A stretch of DNA of 64,000 bases from an uncultured Gammaproteobacteria bacterium (GCA_964616855.1 CAZTUJ010000003.1:4963-68962), one strand, 5' to 3'; shown: positions 9,322-19,318, counted from the first letter of the stretch. Numbers and translations are program-made. The notes: a model not told the origin generated them from the letters alone.

Positions 9322-10700
9322 GATAGAGGAAGTTGAATAGTAAAAGTGCTTTTTTCTCCTAGGCGGCTTTGCACTTGGATATTGCCGTTAAAATCCTGTT
9401 CGACTATTTCTTTAACTAGACTTAATCCTAATCCAATATTTTTACCGTTATTATTTTTAGTGCTAAAGAAGGCTTCAAATATTCGTTGGTAGTCTTCCTC
9501 GGCAATGCCGCCACCGTTATCGCTAATTTGGATTTTTGCTATTTGTTCCGGGCGTTCACGGCCGAGCCAGATAGAAACTTTTTTGTCTGCTTTATCTGTT
9601 TGGGTGCAGGCTTCAATAGCGTTTTTAAGGAGATTCATCATTACTTGGCTGAAACGGGTCGGGCTGCCTTTTATTTCTGAATCTTCTTCAACTTCGAGCT
9701 CAATATTAACCTTATTTGCCTTAGCCTGACTTTCCATAATTTTTTTAATTTGTTCGATTTCTGTGCGTAGAGAAAAATATTTTTCCTCGCTCTGGCGGCG
9801 AAGACAGGTATTGGCACTATTAATTAATTCTTGAATTCGTTTAAGGGCGGCTAAAGCTTGTTGCAGATAATCTTGAGATTTATCTAATTGAGGACAGTGT
9901 TCGCTGCGCAATTGTTCTAAACTGAGATTAACTACGGTTAAAGGATTGACGATGTCGTGAAAAATTCCTCCAGAGAGCTGGCCGATACTAGCTAGAGTTT
10001 GTAGCTGTTCCAGTTTTTCTCGGCGCATCTCCGTAATCGCTTTTGTCCGCGCTACTACCGTTATCTCCAGTTGATCTCTTTCTTTTTCTAATTCTTGCTT
10101 AGCTAACGCAGCCGCTTTTAGAGCTCTTTTATTATCTCTGACAATAGTCCAGGCAAGGAGAAAAATGATGCTGAAGATAAGAGTGTAAACGAAAGAATCA
10201 GCTAGTTGGTTTGGTGCTTGCCGCCAGTTGTCGTTAATGGGGATTAGTTTTTTAACTTGAAGATAGGAAATAATGAAGATGGTGCTGATAAAGCTAATGG
10301 CAACGCTTAGGGCGGAACGGGAGCCTAAAAAAATTCCAGCCATCATTACGACTAGGACGGTCATCATAATGGCAGCGGGCAAATCAGCACCCCAATAATA
10401 GAAACAAAAAATTGTTGGTAGACCATAGGCACTGATCAGCAGCCAAGCACTCGTTTTAATCCAGCCTCTTCTTCCTAAATACCAAATACCCAGCATTCCT
10501 AGGAAGAGTAAAATTGTGAAAGTTAGGGGCAAACCCCCATTTTTAGGGTCGATAATATAGTCGTAAATTCGAATGCCATTAATTAAAAGCATGATAGCGG
10601 CGGATAGAAGAGAGGCGGCTTGTAATTTACGAGCATTGGGGCGGTCATCGCTATTGCTTTTGATCGCCAAAGCTTTTTCTTTAATTTTTTGCCAATTCAT
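9318..10700 (-). CDS. Sensor histidine kinase
   Basis: About 6 N-terminal TM helices, a coiled coil, H-box GIFHDIVNPL, N-box LLKNAIEA, and G-boxes DNGGGI and GLGLSLV. Confidence 0.9.
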   Translation of the reverse strand: MNWQKIKEKALAIKSNSDDRPNARKLQAASLLSAAIMLLINGIRIYDYIIDPKNGGLPLTFTILLFLGMLGIWYLGRRGWIKTSAWLLISAYGLPTIFCFYYWGADLPAAIMMTVLVVMMAGIFLGSRSALSVAISFISTIFIISYLQVKKLIPINDNWRQAPNQLADSFVYTLIFSIIFLLAWTIVRDNKRALKAAALAKQELEKERDQLEITVVARTKAITEMRREKLEQLQTLASIGQLSGGIFHDIVNPLTVVNLSLEQLRSEHCPQLDKSQDYLQQALAALKRIQELINSANTCLRRQSEEKYFSLRTEIEQIKKIMESQAKANKVNIELEVEEDSEIKGSPTRFSQVMMNLLKNAIEACTQTDKADKKVSIWLGRERPEQIAKIQISDNGGGIAEEDYQRIFEAFFSTKNNNGKNIGLGLSLVKEIVEQDFNGNIQVQSRLGEKSTFTIQLPLS

Positions 10701-10909
10701 ATCTAAAAAGACACTTTCCCCAGAAAGAGGAAAGTGCCAGATTTAACTGCGCCAGGGAGTTCCTGGATTATTATCAGTTTGGTTTTTAGCTTCTGGTTTT
10801 ATCATATTATTTATTTTTATCTAATTTATTTTGGCGGCTCGACCTTGAGAGCGTTATTGCTGTCCGCCCCTTAACTATAGCAATCATCATTTAAACTCCT
10901 ATTAACATC

Positions 10910-11581
10910 TTATGGTCGTAAATCTAATTTATAGCCACGTCCAGTAATATTATGGATTAATTTCTTGCCGTGTTGATCAATTTTTCGGCGGAGACGGAGA
11001 ATGTGGGTCTCTGCCGTGTTGGAAAAAGGGTCAGTACTATCGTCCCAGACATGTTCTAATAGGTTCTCTCGGGAAACTATTTTTCCGGCGTTTAATAAGA
11101 GATATTGCAATAAAGAAAATTCCTTGTTTGTAAGTTTTATTTCTTTATTTCCTCGATAAACTCGAAAAGAATCCGTTTCTAATTTAAGGTCGTGAAAACA
11201 GCTTGTCTTAGTGGGTAATTGTGTTGGCCGGCGTAATAAAGCTCTCACTCTGGCAAGAAGTTCCTCAGAAGAAAAAGGTTTAGGTAGATAATCATCCGCC
11301 CCAGCATCTAAAACGTCGATTTTATCGTTTATACTTTGGCGCACGCTGAGCATTAATATGGGTGTTGCTCGGCCATCGGCGCGAACCTCTTTAATTAGAC
11401 TACAACCGTCTAGGCGGGGTAAAACATAGTCAGTAATAATTAAGTCATAATTATTAGTACGTGCTAAAAAAGAACCGCGCTCGCCTTCATCGGCGGTGTC
11501 TACCGCAAAACCAGCCTTCTTTAATAGTGAGACTAGTAGTTTTACTAAGTCTGATTCATCTTCGACAATGAGGACGCGCAT
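10910..11581 (-). CDS. OmpR-family response regulator
   Basis: MRVLIVEDE receiver domain (phospho-acceptor D in IITDYVLP, conserved K in LPKPF) and a winged-helix C-terminus (TGRGYKL). I placed the start at the internal ATG rather than the 11647 extension. Confidence 0.9.
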   Translation of the reverse strand: MRVLIVEDESDLVKLLVSLLKKAGFAVDTADEGERGSFLARTNNYDLIITDYVLPRLDGCSLIKEVRADGRATPILMLSVRQSINDKIDVLDAGADDYLPKPFSSEELLARVRALLRRPTQLPTKTSCFHDLKLETDSFRVYRGNKEIKLTNKEFSLLQYLLLNAGKIVSRENLLEHVWDDSTDPFSNTAETHILRLRRKIDQHGKKLIHNITGRGYKLDLRP

Positions 11582-11715
11582 ATATAATATTAATATTTTA
11601 TCATATTTGTAAGCCTCACTTCCATTATAGGCGATCGCTGATAACATTCTGTTAACATTATTAGGGCCTGGTTTGCCTTTCTCTGTAAATCCCGCTAAGA
11701 TAATATTAGCTTATT

Positions 11716-13818
11716 ATGGGCACTTTTAAGAAAAAACGCTTTTTTTTGGGGGAATTTTCTTCTTCCCAGGCTGTTGGTGAGGACCCTTTCGTTATTAAAG
11801 AGGGCGATTTTAAGTTTGGGCAGCTTAAAGATTCCGCTTATTACACTGATTGGACGGAGCACGCCTTTTTGTCTGACAATCATGATAAAGAGGTCGTGGG
11901 CAGGACCTTTAATACCAGAAAATTATTGCCGATTAAGTTTTTTTTGGTTTTTTTCATTTTAATTTTAGCTGGTAGGACGGGTTGGCTGCAAATTGTCCGC
12001 GGCTCTCATTATGCTGGCTTAGCTGAAGGTAATAGGGTTCGTTTAGAAAATATTGAACCAAAAAGAGGTATTATCTATGACCGTAATGATCAGGCCTTAG
12101 TGCGTAATACTGCTAATTTTGTCCTTTCACTACGGCCGATTGATTTACCTAAGGATGAGTTGGAGCGCGATCATCTTTTGCGCTATGTTAGTGGTATTAT
12201 TGATAATTTATCTGAAACTACTAAGCTCGATCATTCTTCTGAAATTAGTTTAGTGTCAGACGGTCCCTCTTTCCAGCTAATGAAGGAAGCTTTAGCAGAA
12301 GTTAAGCCGTTGTCCTTGGAAGCCTATCAGCCAATATTTATTGCCGATAACATCCCTTATGATCAAGCTTTGCGCTTAATTTTAGAAAGAGATTCTTTGC
12401 CTGGAATAATTATCGATACAAAAATTAGGCGTGAATACCCTTTTACCGCCACTGTAACCGAAGAATCATCTCCTCTCTCAAGCTTAGCTCATGTTTTAGG
12501 CTATACGGGAAAAATTACCGATGAAGCCTTGGCGCGTCTAGGCGACCAATATTCTTTGATTGACTATGTTGGTAAGACGGGCTTGGAATATTCCTGGGAG
12601 CGAGAATTAAAAGGGGCTAATGGCCGAAAAAATATTGAGGTGGATGCTCTGGGTCGTCGCAAAAAAGTTATTAGTGAACTCGCCCCTGTGGCCGGTTATA
12701 ATCTCCGCTTGTCTTTAGATTTAGATTTACAGAGACAGGCAGAAGCCATTACTAAAGTTTGGCTGGAAAAAACTAAAACCGCTCGTGCCTCCGTTATTAT
12801 TCTTGATCCTAATAATGGTCAGATTCTCGCACTGGTGTCTTTGCCGGCTTATGATAATAATCTTTTTGCTCGCGGGGTTAGTCAAGAGGAATATGATGTC
12901 TTTTTAAATGATGAAAATAATCCTTTATTTAATCGAGCAATTAGTGCAGAGTTGCCCTCTGGATCAACAATCAAGCCGGTGGTGGCAGCTGCCGCCCTTC
13001 AAGAAAAAGTCGTTTCTGAGAACACTAGCTTTTTAAGCAATGGTGGTCTGCGTATTGGCCAGTGGTTTTTTCCTGATTGGAAAGCGGGCGGTCACGGTAC
13101 TACGGACGTCCGCAAGGCCTTGGCTGAATCCGTTAATACTTTTTTCTATTATGTCGGCGGTGGCTTTCAAGATTTTCAAGGTCTAGGCGTTGATCGTCTG
13201 ACTAAATATATGCGCCTGTTTGGTCTAGGCGAGAAAACAGGCATTGATCTTAATGGCGAATCTGCCGGCTTTGTCCCTAGTCAAAAATGGAAAGAAGAAA
13301 CAAAGAATGAAGCTTGGTATATCGGCGACACCTATCATATTGCCATTGGCCAGGGTGATGTTATTGTGACACCTTTGCAAGTGGCTAATTTTACGGCCGC
13401 TGTCGCTAATGGCGGTAAACTTTATCGCCCTAGCTTGGTTAAAGATTTATTAAATGAAGATAATCAAGTAGTAAAAACGGTTGAGCCCCAAATTATTCGT
13501 GAAAACTTTATTGATTCTTATAATTTGCAGATTGTGCGCGAAGGTATGCGTCAGACTGTTACTGCTGGCAGTGCCCGCAGTTTGAGTATCGTGCCGGTGG
13601 CAGTGGCCGGGAAAACCGGTACGGCCCAGTGGTCGAGTAAGAAAGCTAATCACGCCTGGTTTACTGGTTTTGCTCCCTATGACCACCCTGAACTCGTGAT
13701 TACTATTATCGTGGAAGAGGGACGCGAGGGCAGCGAAGTAGCGGTCCCAATTGCTCGAGAAATCTTAGCTTGGTATTTCCGAGATAGTCAGGCAACAGCT
13801 GCAGATTCTAGTGACTAG
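11716..13818 (+). CDS. mrdA: Penicillin-binding protein 2 (class B transpeptidase)
   Basis: N-terminal TM anchor, a PBP dimerisation domain, SxxK (SGSTIKP), SxN (ESVNTF) and KTG (GKTGTA). Whether this is PBP2 or FtsI is not certain. Confidence 0.8.
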   Translation: MGTFKKKRFFLGEFSSSQAVGEDPFVIKEGDFKFGQLKDSAYYTDWTEHAFLSDNHDKEVVGRTFNTRKLLPIKFFLVFFILILAGRTGWLQIVRGSHYAGLAEGNRVRLENIEPKRGIIYDRNDQALVRNTANFVLSLRPIDLPKDELERDHLLRYVSGIIDNLSETTKLDHSSEISLVSDGPSFQLMKEALAEVKPLSLEAYQPIFIADNIPYDQALRLILERDSLPGIIIDTKIRREYPFTATVTEESSPLSSLAHVLGYTGKITDEALARLGDQYSLIDYVGKTGLEYSWERELKGANGRKNIEVDALGRRKKVISELAPVAGYNLRLSLDLDLQRQAEAITKVWLEKTKTARASVIILDPNNGQILALVSLPAYDNNLFARGVSQEEYDVFLNDENNPLFNRAISAELPSGSTIKPVVAAAALQEKVVSENTSFLSNGGLRIGQWFFPDWKAGGHGTTDVRKALAESVNTFFYYVGGGFQDFQGLGVDRLTKYMRLFGLGEKTGIDLNGESAGFVPSQKWKEETKNEAWYIGDTYHIAIGQGDVIVTPLQVANFTAAVANGGKLYRPSLVKDLLNEDNQVVKTVEPQIIRENFIDSYNLQIVREGMRQTVTAGSARSLSIVPVAVAGKTGTAQWSSKKANHAWFTGFAPYDHPELVITIIVEEGREGSEVAVPIAREILAWYFRDSQATAADSSD

Positions 13819-13855
13819 TATATTTTACCTATTATTAGATTATTTTTATTATTAA

Positions 13856-13882
13856 TTAGCACTCTATTGACTTGAGTGCTAA
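13856..13882 (+). promoter_or_regulatory. CIRCE operator (HrcA binding site), perfect consensus
   Basis: TTAGCACTC-tattgactt-GAGTGCTAA. Confidence 0.95.
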
Positions 13883-13895
13883 TTTTTTTTATAAT
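13867..13895 (+). promoter_or_regulatory. Promoter of the heat-shock operon, embedded in CIRCE
   Basis: TTGACT at 13867-13872 lies inside the CIRCE spacer. A 17-nt spacer follows, then TATAAT at 13890-13895. Confidence 0.7.
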
Positions 13896-13923
13896 ATGTT
13901 TGCAGTTTAATTATTTTATTTGT

Positions 13924-14613
13924 ATGTCTTTAAATGAGCGTCAGAAATTAATCCTCCATACTTTGGTGAAGGAGTATGTAAAAAGTGCTCAGCCGGTTGC
14001 TTCCGGTATTTTGGTGGAAAAATATCGTTTAGATATTTCTCCGGCCACCGTTCGCAATGAGTTGATGTTCTTAGAAGAGGCGGGTTATATCTATCAGCCT
14101 CATACTTCTGCTGGCCGGGTGCCAACTGAAGCCGCCTATTTGTTGGAGTTAGAAATTTTAACTGGTAAGAAAAAGGAATTGAAGGGAACGGATAAAGAGC
14201 TTTTGGATAATTCTCTAATTAGTGCTACTGAGAGTCTGAAGCCAACCGCTCGTGCTTTGGCGGAATTATCTGGAAATGCAGTTTTTTGGGCCTTTCATAA
14301 GAATGATCTATATCACACCGGCCTTTCTAATCTTTTTACTCAGCCGGAGTTCCGCCAGGCAGAAACAGTCTGTGATGTTTCCCAGGTGATTGACCGGATG
14401 GAAGAAATTATTGACAATCTTTTTAATGATTTACCAGAAGGCAGTAAGGTATATCTGGGCGAGACTAATCCTTTCGGCGCTTTTTTAGGCACGACCATTC
14501 TTAAATATCGCCATCAAGGCGTTTCGGGTTTATGTGGAATTTTAGGGCCGCTGCGTATGGATTATGGCCGCAACCTTTCTCTTCTTAATTATTTACAAGC
14601 AAGATTTAAATAA
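13924..14613 (+). CDS. hrcA: Heat-inducible transcription repressor HrcA (short form, 229 aa)
   Basis: N-terminal winged helix (LNERQKLILHTLVKEYVKSAQPVASG...SPATVRNELMFLEEAGYI), with CIRCE directly upstream. I placed the start at the internal ATG. Confidence 0.85.
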   Translation: MSLNERQKLILHTLVKEYVKSAQPVASGILVEKYRLDISPATVRNELMFLEEAGYIYQPHTSAGRVPTEAAYLLELEILTGKKKELKGTDKELLDNSLISATESLKPTARALAELSGNAVFWAFHKNDLYHTGLSNLFTQPEFRQAETVCDVSQVIDRMEEIIDNLFNDLPEGSKVYLGETNPFGAFLGTTILKYRHQGVSGLCGILGPLRMDYGRNLSLLNYLQARFK

Positions 14614-14619
14614 AGACCT

Positions 14620-15651
14620 ATGGAAAATCTACAGCCAGGAATTTATCGCCATTATAAAGGAGGCGAATATGAATTATTATTTGTTGCTCAGCAGACTGAG
14701 AATCAAGAAGCTTTAACTATTTACCGTTCTTTGCAGGATAACAAAATTTGGGCTCGGCCGGCTTCAATGTGGTTTGAGGAAGTTATGGTTGAAGGCAAAA
14801 AACAGAGCCGTTTTACTTGGCAGACAGAAGCTCATCCTCGTTATCCAGAGGCGGCGGTTGGCCCCATTATTTATAATGATGCCGGTGAAGTTTTTTTAAT
14901 CAAAGGCCCTAAGTGGGAAGGTTGGTCGATTCCGGGTGGGCATGTAGAATGGGGCGAGACGATGGAAGAAGCTTTAATTAGAGAAATTGAAGAAGAGACC
15001 GCGATGCACTTGGATCAAATTGAGTTTATTAGTGCTAATGATGGTATTTATCCTGGTAATTTTTTTAAGAAACGTCATTTTATTTTTTTAAATTTCTTTG
15101 CCCATCATGCCGGCGGTGAACCCCAGTTATCAAATGAAATGACCGAGTATATTTGGGTTGATCCAAAAAAAGCTTTAGAAGAAATGGTAGTAGCGGAATC
15201 GGTTAAGCCCTTACTAGTCGCTTTTATTGAGAGGGGTAAAGAAAACAAAACTGAAAATTTTGAAGGACACTATAAACGAGCTTTGGCCGATTATCAGAAT
15301 CTTTTAAAGCAAGCAGCTAAAGATAAAGATGAATTTGTAAAATTTGCCGTTGCCGATTTCTTACAAGATATTTTACCCGTTTATGATCACTTGAAGTTAT
15401 CGTTAGCCGGTCTCTCCGACTCTGAAAAAGATAGCGCTTGGGTAAAAGGAGTAGAGTATGTTTTAAAACAGTTTAAGGACGTCTTAAGCGCTCGGGGAAT
15501 TGAAGAAATTAAAACTGTTGGTGAATCTTTTGACCATAATTTGATGGACGCCCTCGATGGTAGCGGCGATAAAGTTGTTAAAGAAGTGATGCCGGGCTAT
15601 ATCTTAAACGGCCGGGTTATCCGACCGGCAAAAGTAGTGGTAGGTGATTAG
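14620..15651 (+). CDS. grpE: Tripartite fusion: DUF1653-like domain + Nudix hydrolase + GrpE nucleotide-exchange domain
   Basis: Residues 1-70 (GIYRHYKGGEYELLFVAQQTE..LTIYRSL) are DUF1653-like. The Nudix box is GHVEWGETMEEALIREIEEETAM, which fits GX5EX7REUXEEXGU except G to A. The C-terminal 130 aa look like GrpE (DFLQDILPVYDHLKLSL, GIEEIKTVGESFDHNLMDAL, GYILNGRVIRPAKVVV). Confidence 0.8.
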   Translation: MENLQPGIYRHYKGGEYELLFVAQQTENQEALTIYRSLQDNKIWARPASMWFEEVMVEGKKQSRFTWQTEAHPRYPEAAVGPIIYNDAGEVFLIKGPKWEGWSIPGGHVEWGETMEEALIREIEEETAMHLDQIEFISANDGIYPGNFFKKRHFIFLNFFAHHAGGEPQLSNEMTEYIWVDPKKALEEMVVAESVKPLLVAFIERGKENKTENFEGHYKRALADYQNLLKQAAKDKDEFVKFAVADFLQDILPVYDHLKLSLAGLSDSEKDSAWVKGVEYVLKQFKDVLSARGIEEIKTVGESFDHNLMDALDGSGDKVVKEVMPGYILNGRVIRPAKVVVGD

Positions 15652-15681
15652 CATTAATTTTTATCTAAGCCCTTCCTATCC

Positions 15682-15702
15682 ACTTGCCGAGCGCAAGTTT
15701 TA
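15682..15702 (+). terminator. Weak hairpin after grpE (ACTTGC cgagc GCAAGT tttt)
   Basis: 6-bp stem followed by a short T-run. Confidence 0.3.
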
Positions 15703-15724
15703 GGAAGCGGTGCTATTTAAATAT

Positions 15725-16171
15725 ATGGCTTTAATTAAATGGAACCCCTTTTTAAACGAAGGTTTTGCCTTCGATGACATGGATAAGGTGTTTGGCGAAA
15801 TGTTGCCAGCAGTGCGCGGTAATCAGTTCGGATTCACGCCCGCCTTAGATATGTATGAAGATAAAGATAATATCATTGTAGAAACGCAGCTAGCAGGGAT
15901 AGATCCTGAAAAGGTTAGTGTTTCTATAGAAAATGACGTGCTCTGTATTAAAGGCGAAAGTGAACGGCAAAGCGAAGTTGAGGAAAAAAACTATTACCGC
16001 AAGGAAATCCGCCGTGGTTCTTTCTACCGCTCCATTCCTCTACCCACTAAAGTTGACGGCGATAAGGCGAGCGCGGTGACGGAAGATGGTATTTTGAAAA
16101 TCAGCATTCCTAAAGCGCCAGAACTAAAGCCCCGTAACATTAAAATTCAAACTAATAACAAGAAAAAATAA
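15725..16171 (+). CDS. Hsp20/alpha-crystallin small heat-shock protein
   Basis: Alpha-crystallin core (PALDMYEDKDNIIVETQLAGIDPEKVSVSIENDVLCIKGE...GILKISIPK). Confidence 0.9.
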   Translation: MALIKWNPFLNEGFAFDDMDKVFGEMLPAVRGNQFGFTPALDMYEDKDNIIVETQLAGIDPEKVSVSIENDVLCIKGESERQSEVEEKNYYRKEIRRGSFYRSIPLPTKVDGDKASAVTEDGILKISIPKAPELKPRNIKIQTNNKKK

Positions 16172-16195
16172 TTTTTTCAGTTTAACTACAACAAT

Positions 16196-18088
16196 ATGGG
16201 AAAAATTTTAGGAATCGATTTAGGCACCACTAATTCTGCGATGGCAATCATGGAAGGCGGCGTCCCTAAAATCTTAGAAAACATTGAAGGTAATCGCACC
16301 ACTCCCTCTATCGCCGCTATTTCTAAAAATGGCGAACGTTTAGTGGGAGCGGCCGCTAAGCGCCAAGCCGTCATTAATCCGGAAAATACCGTGTACGCGG
16401 TTAAGCGCCTAATCGGCCGTCATTTTAGTGATACTGAAGTCCAGCGCGATTTAGGCACGATGCCTTATAAGATTGTGCAGGCAGGTGAAGGTGTGAAGGT
16501 CAAAATGGGTGACGGTGAATATTCTCCCCAAGAAGTTTCGGCGATGATTCTCGCTAAATTAAAAGCGGACGCAGAAGCAAAAATTGGAGAAAAAATTACA
16601 GAAGCAATTATTACTGTTCCGGCTTATTTCGATGACTCTCAACGTCAGGCCACCAAAGACGCCGGTTTGATTGCTGGTTTAGATGTAAAACGTATTATTA
16701 ATGAACCGACCGCCGCCGCTTTAGCCTATGGCTTCGATAAAAAGCAGGGACAAAAAATTGTCGTTTATGATTTAGGCGGCGGTACTTTTGACGTGTCCGT
16801 TTTGGATATCTCGGCTGATACGGTTGAAGTGAAGGCTACAAACGGCGACACCCACCTTGGTGGTGAAGATTTTGATAAGCGTATTATCGATTGGATTATT
16901 GAAGAATTTAAGAAAGATCAAGGAATCGATCTCTCTAAAGATACTTTAGCCTTACAGCGCATTAAAGAAGCTGCAGAGAAAGCCAAGATTGAATTATCAA
17001 CCGCGATGGAAAGTGAAGTTAATCAGCCCTTCATTACTACTGACGCTAATGGTCCCAAGCACTTAGTGATGAAATTAAGTCGCGCTAAACTGGAATCTTT
17101 GGTTGGTGATTTAGTGGAGAAGACAATTGAGCCTTGTAAGAAAGCTTTAAAGGATTCCGGTTTTAGTCTGAGTGATATTAATGAAATCGTGATGGTGGGA
17201 GGTATGACCCGCATGCCTTTAGTTTTACAGAAGGTAAAAGAATTTTTTGGCAAAGAGCCGAACTTAACCGTTAATCCTGATGAAGTAGTGGCCATGGGTG
17301 CCGCGGTTCAGGCTGGCGTTTTGCAGGGCGACGTCAAAGACGTGCTTTTATTGGATGTCACTCCCTTAACTTTAGGTATTGAAACTTTAGGCGGCGTCGC
17401 CACTCCTTTAATTGAAAGGAATACTACTATTCCGACCTCCAAGTCTCAAGTTTTCTCTACGGCCGCTGATGGTCAGACTAGTGTGGAAATTCACGTTGTC
17501 CAAGGAGAACGGCCTTTAGCTGCTGATAATAAATCTTTAGGACGTTTTATCTTAGACGGCATCCCTTCCGCTCCGCGAGGCATTCCTCAAGTGGAGGTAA
17601 AGTTTGATTTAGATGCTAATGGTATTTTAAACGTGAACGCCACCGATAAGGCGACTAATAAGCAGCAAAATATTACCATTACCGCCTCCTCCGGCTTATC
17701 TAAAGAAGAAATTGAACGTATGCAAAAAGAAGCTGAAGCGCACGCTGAAGAAGATAAGAAAAAGAAAGAAGAAATTGAGCTGAAGAATCAAGCTGATGCT
17801 GTTATTTTTACGACCGAGAAGATGATTAAGGAATCAGGCGAAAAGATGAAGCCAGAAGATAAGACTGAATTAGAAGCTAAAGCCGCTGATTTAAAGAAAG
17901 CTAAGGACGGCAATCAGATTGAGGAAATAAAAGCTGCCCTAGAAGCTCTTAATACCGTTGCTCAGCGGATTGGGGCAGCGATGTATCAGCAAGCGCCGGC
18001 TCCGGAAGCGCCCGCGGAAAATGCGGCGACCCCTGATGATAAAAAAGATGAAACCGTGGTTGAAGGTGAGGTTGAAGAAAAAAAATAA
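16196..18088 (+). CDS. dnaK: Chaperone DnaK (Hsp70)
   Basis: [17 protein letters not shown] and VGGMTRMP motifs; 630 aa. Confidence 0.98.
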   Translation: MGKILGIDLGTTNSAMAIMEGGVPKILENIEGNRTTPSIAAISKNGERLVGAAAKRQAVINPENTVYAVKRLIGRHFSDTEVQRDLGTMPYKIVQAGEGVKVKMGDGEYSPQEVSAMILAKLKADAEAKIGEKITEAIITVPAYFDDSQRQATKDAGLIAGLDVKRIINEPTAAALAYGFDKKQGQKIVVYDLGGGTFDVSVLDISADTVEVKATNGDTHLGGEDFDKRIIDWIIEEFKKDQGIDLSKDTLALQRIKEAAEKAKIELSTAMESEVNQPFITTDANGPKHLVMKLSRAKLESLVGDLVEKTIEPCKKALKDSGFSLSDINEIVMVGGMTRMPLVLQKVKEFFGKEPNLTVNPDEVVAMGAAVQAGVLQGDVKDVLLLDVTPLTLGIETLGGVATPLIERNTTIPTSKSQVFSTAADGQTSVEIHVVQGERPLAADNKSLGRFILDGIPSAPRGIPQVEVKFDLDANGILNVNATDKATNKQQNITITASSGLSKEEIERMQKEAEAHAEEDKKKKEEIELKNQADAVIFTTEKMIKESGEKMKPEDKTELEAKAADLKKAKDGNQIEEIKAALEALNTVAQRIGAAMYQQAPAPEAPAENAATPDDKKDETVVEGEVEEKK

Positions 18089-18105
18089 TTCAAAATTTCT
18101 TTCAG

Positions 18106-18133
18106 CAGCCCTCGTTTTGATTGACGAGGGCTG
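18106..18133 (+). promoter_or_regulatory. Intercistronic dnaK-dnaJ stem-loop
   Basis: CAGCCCTCG ttttgattga CGAGGGCTG, a 9-bp GC-rich stem with no T-run after it. Confidence 0.6.
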
Positions 18134-18168
18134 TTGGGTAGAAAGGCTGAAAATTTAGGAATCAATTT

Positions 18169-19239
18169 ATGGCTAAAGATTACTACGAAATTTTGGGGGT
18201 GAATAAAACTGCAGGGGCGGATGAGATTAAGGCGGCCTTCCGTAAAAAAGCCCATCAGCATCATCCCGATAAAGGGGGCGAGGAGGCAAAATTCAAAGAA
18301 ATCAATGAAGCTTATCAAGTTTTAGGTAATACGGAAAAACGTAAGCAGTATGATCAATTTGGTTCGGCTTTTCAAAATGGCCAGGCCGGTGGCTTTAATG
18401 GCGCTCAAGGTTTTGGCGGTTTCGATGGAGTGAATATTAACATGGATGACTTGGGTGATATCTTTGGTGGCTTTGGCGATATGTTTGGCTTTGGTGGTAA
18501 TGCTCGCCGTCGAGAACCGGAGCGAGGCCGGGATTTGGAAATGCTTTTAACCATTGATTTTTTAGATTCTATCCACGGTACAGAAACAGAAATCAGTTTT
18601 CCTCACTTAAAAGTTTGTAAAAAATGTCAGGGAAGCGGGCATGCCCCTGATGCTAAAATTGAAACTTGCGCCACTTGTGGTGGTAAGGGGCAGGTGAGTC
18701 GAGTGCAAAGAACCATCTTAGGAGCTATTCAGACTCAGACAGTTTGTCCTGATTGTCGGGGGGAGGGCAAAAAAGCAAGTGCTGCTTGTTCTCATTGCCA
18801 TGGTCAAGGCCGAGTGAAAGAAGAAGAAAAAATTAAGGTAAAAATTCCAGCCGGTATTCAGGCTGGTGAAAGTATTCGTTTATCGTCTTACGGTGATGCC
18901 GGTGCTAAAGGTGCCCCAGCTGGCGACTTATTTTTAAAGATAAGGGTGGCCAAAGATTCTCATTTCCAGAGGGAGGGTGATGATATCTACTCTCAGGAAG
19001 AGATTTCGATGGTTCAGGCCGCTTTAGGTGATACTATTACCGTTAAAACTGCTCATGGTGAGCTAAAATTAAAGATTCCAGAAGGCACTCAGCCTCAGAC
19101 CGTTTTTCGCCTAAAAGAAAAAGGGGCGCCACGTTTGCGCGGTCGCGGTCAAGGAGATCACTTTGTAAAGGTTCAGGTTGTCATCCCTAAGAGTCTGAGT
19201 AAGCAGCAACGCCAGCTTTTAGAACAGTTAAAAGTCTGA
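18169..19239 (+). CDS. dnaJ: Co-chaperone DnaJ
   Basis: J domain with HPD, a G/F-rich region, and four CxxCxGxG motifs (CKKCQGSG, CATCGGKG, CPDCRGEG, CSHCHGQG). Confidence 0.97.
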   Translation: MAKDYYEILGVNKTAGADEIKAAFRKKAHQHHPDKGGEEAKFKEINEAYQVLGNTEKRKQYDQFGSAFQNGQAGGFNGAQGFGGFDGVNINMDDLGDIFGGFGDMFGFGGNARRREPERGRDLEMLLTIDFLDSIHGTETEISFPHLKVCKKCQGSGHAPDAKIETCATCGGKGQVSRVQRTILGAIQTQTVCPDCRGEGKKASAACSHCHGQGRVKEEEKIKVKIPAGIQAGESIRLSSYGDAGAKGAPAGDLFLKIRVAKDSHFQREGDDIYSQEEISMVQAALGDTITVKTAHGELKLKIPEGTQPQTVFRLKEKGAPRLRGRGQGDHFVKVQVVIPKSLSKQQRQLLEQLKV

Positions 19240-19318
19240 TAGAGCTTGTTTTTATTGACTTTTCCTACCTAGATGTTAAGATAATAAAGAAGAATTTTTA
19301 TAAATTAAACCTATATTT

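Noticed and set aside
8658-9340. Plus-strand ORFs (86, 70 and 105 aa) opposite the isoprenoid-synthase-like gene
   Set aside because: They overlap one another and the longer 291-aa minus-strand ORF, and they have no motifs. The longer ORF is translationally coupled to the kinase, so I preferred it.
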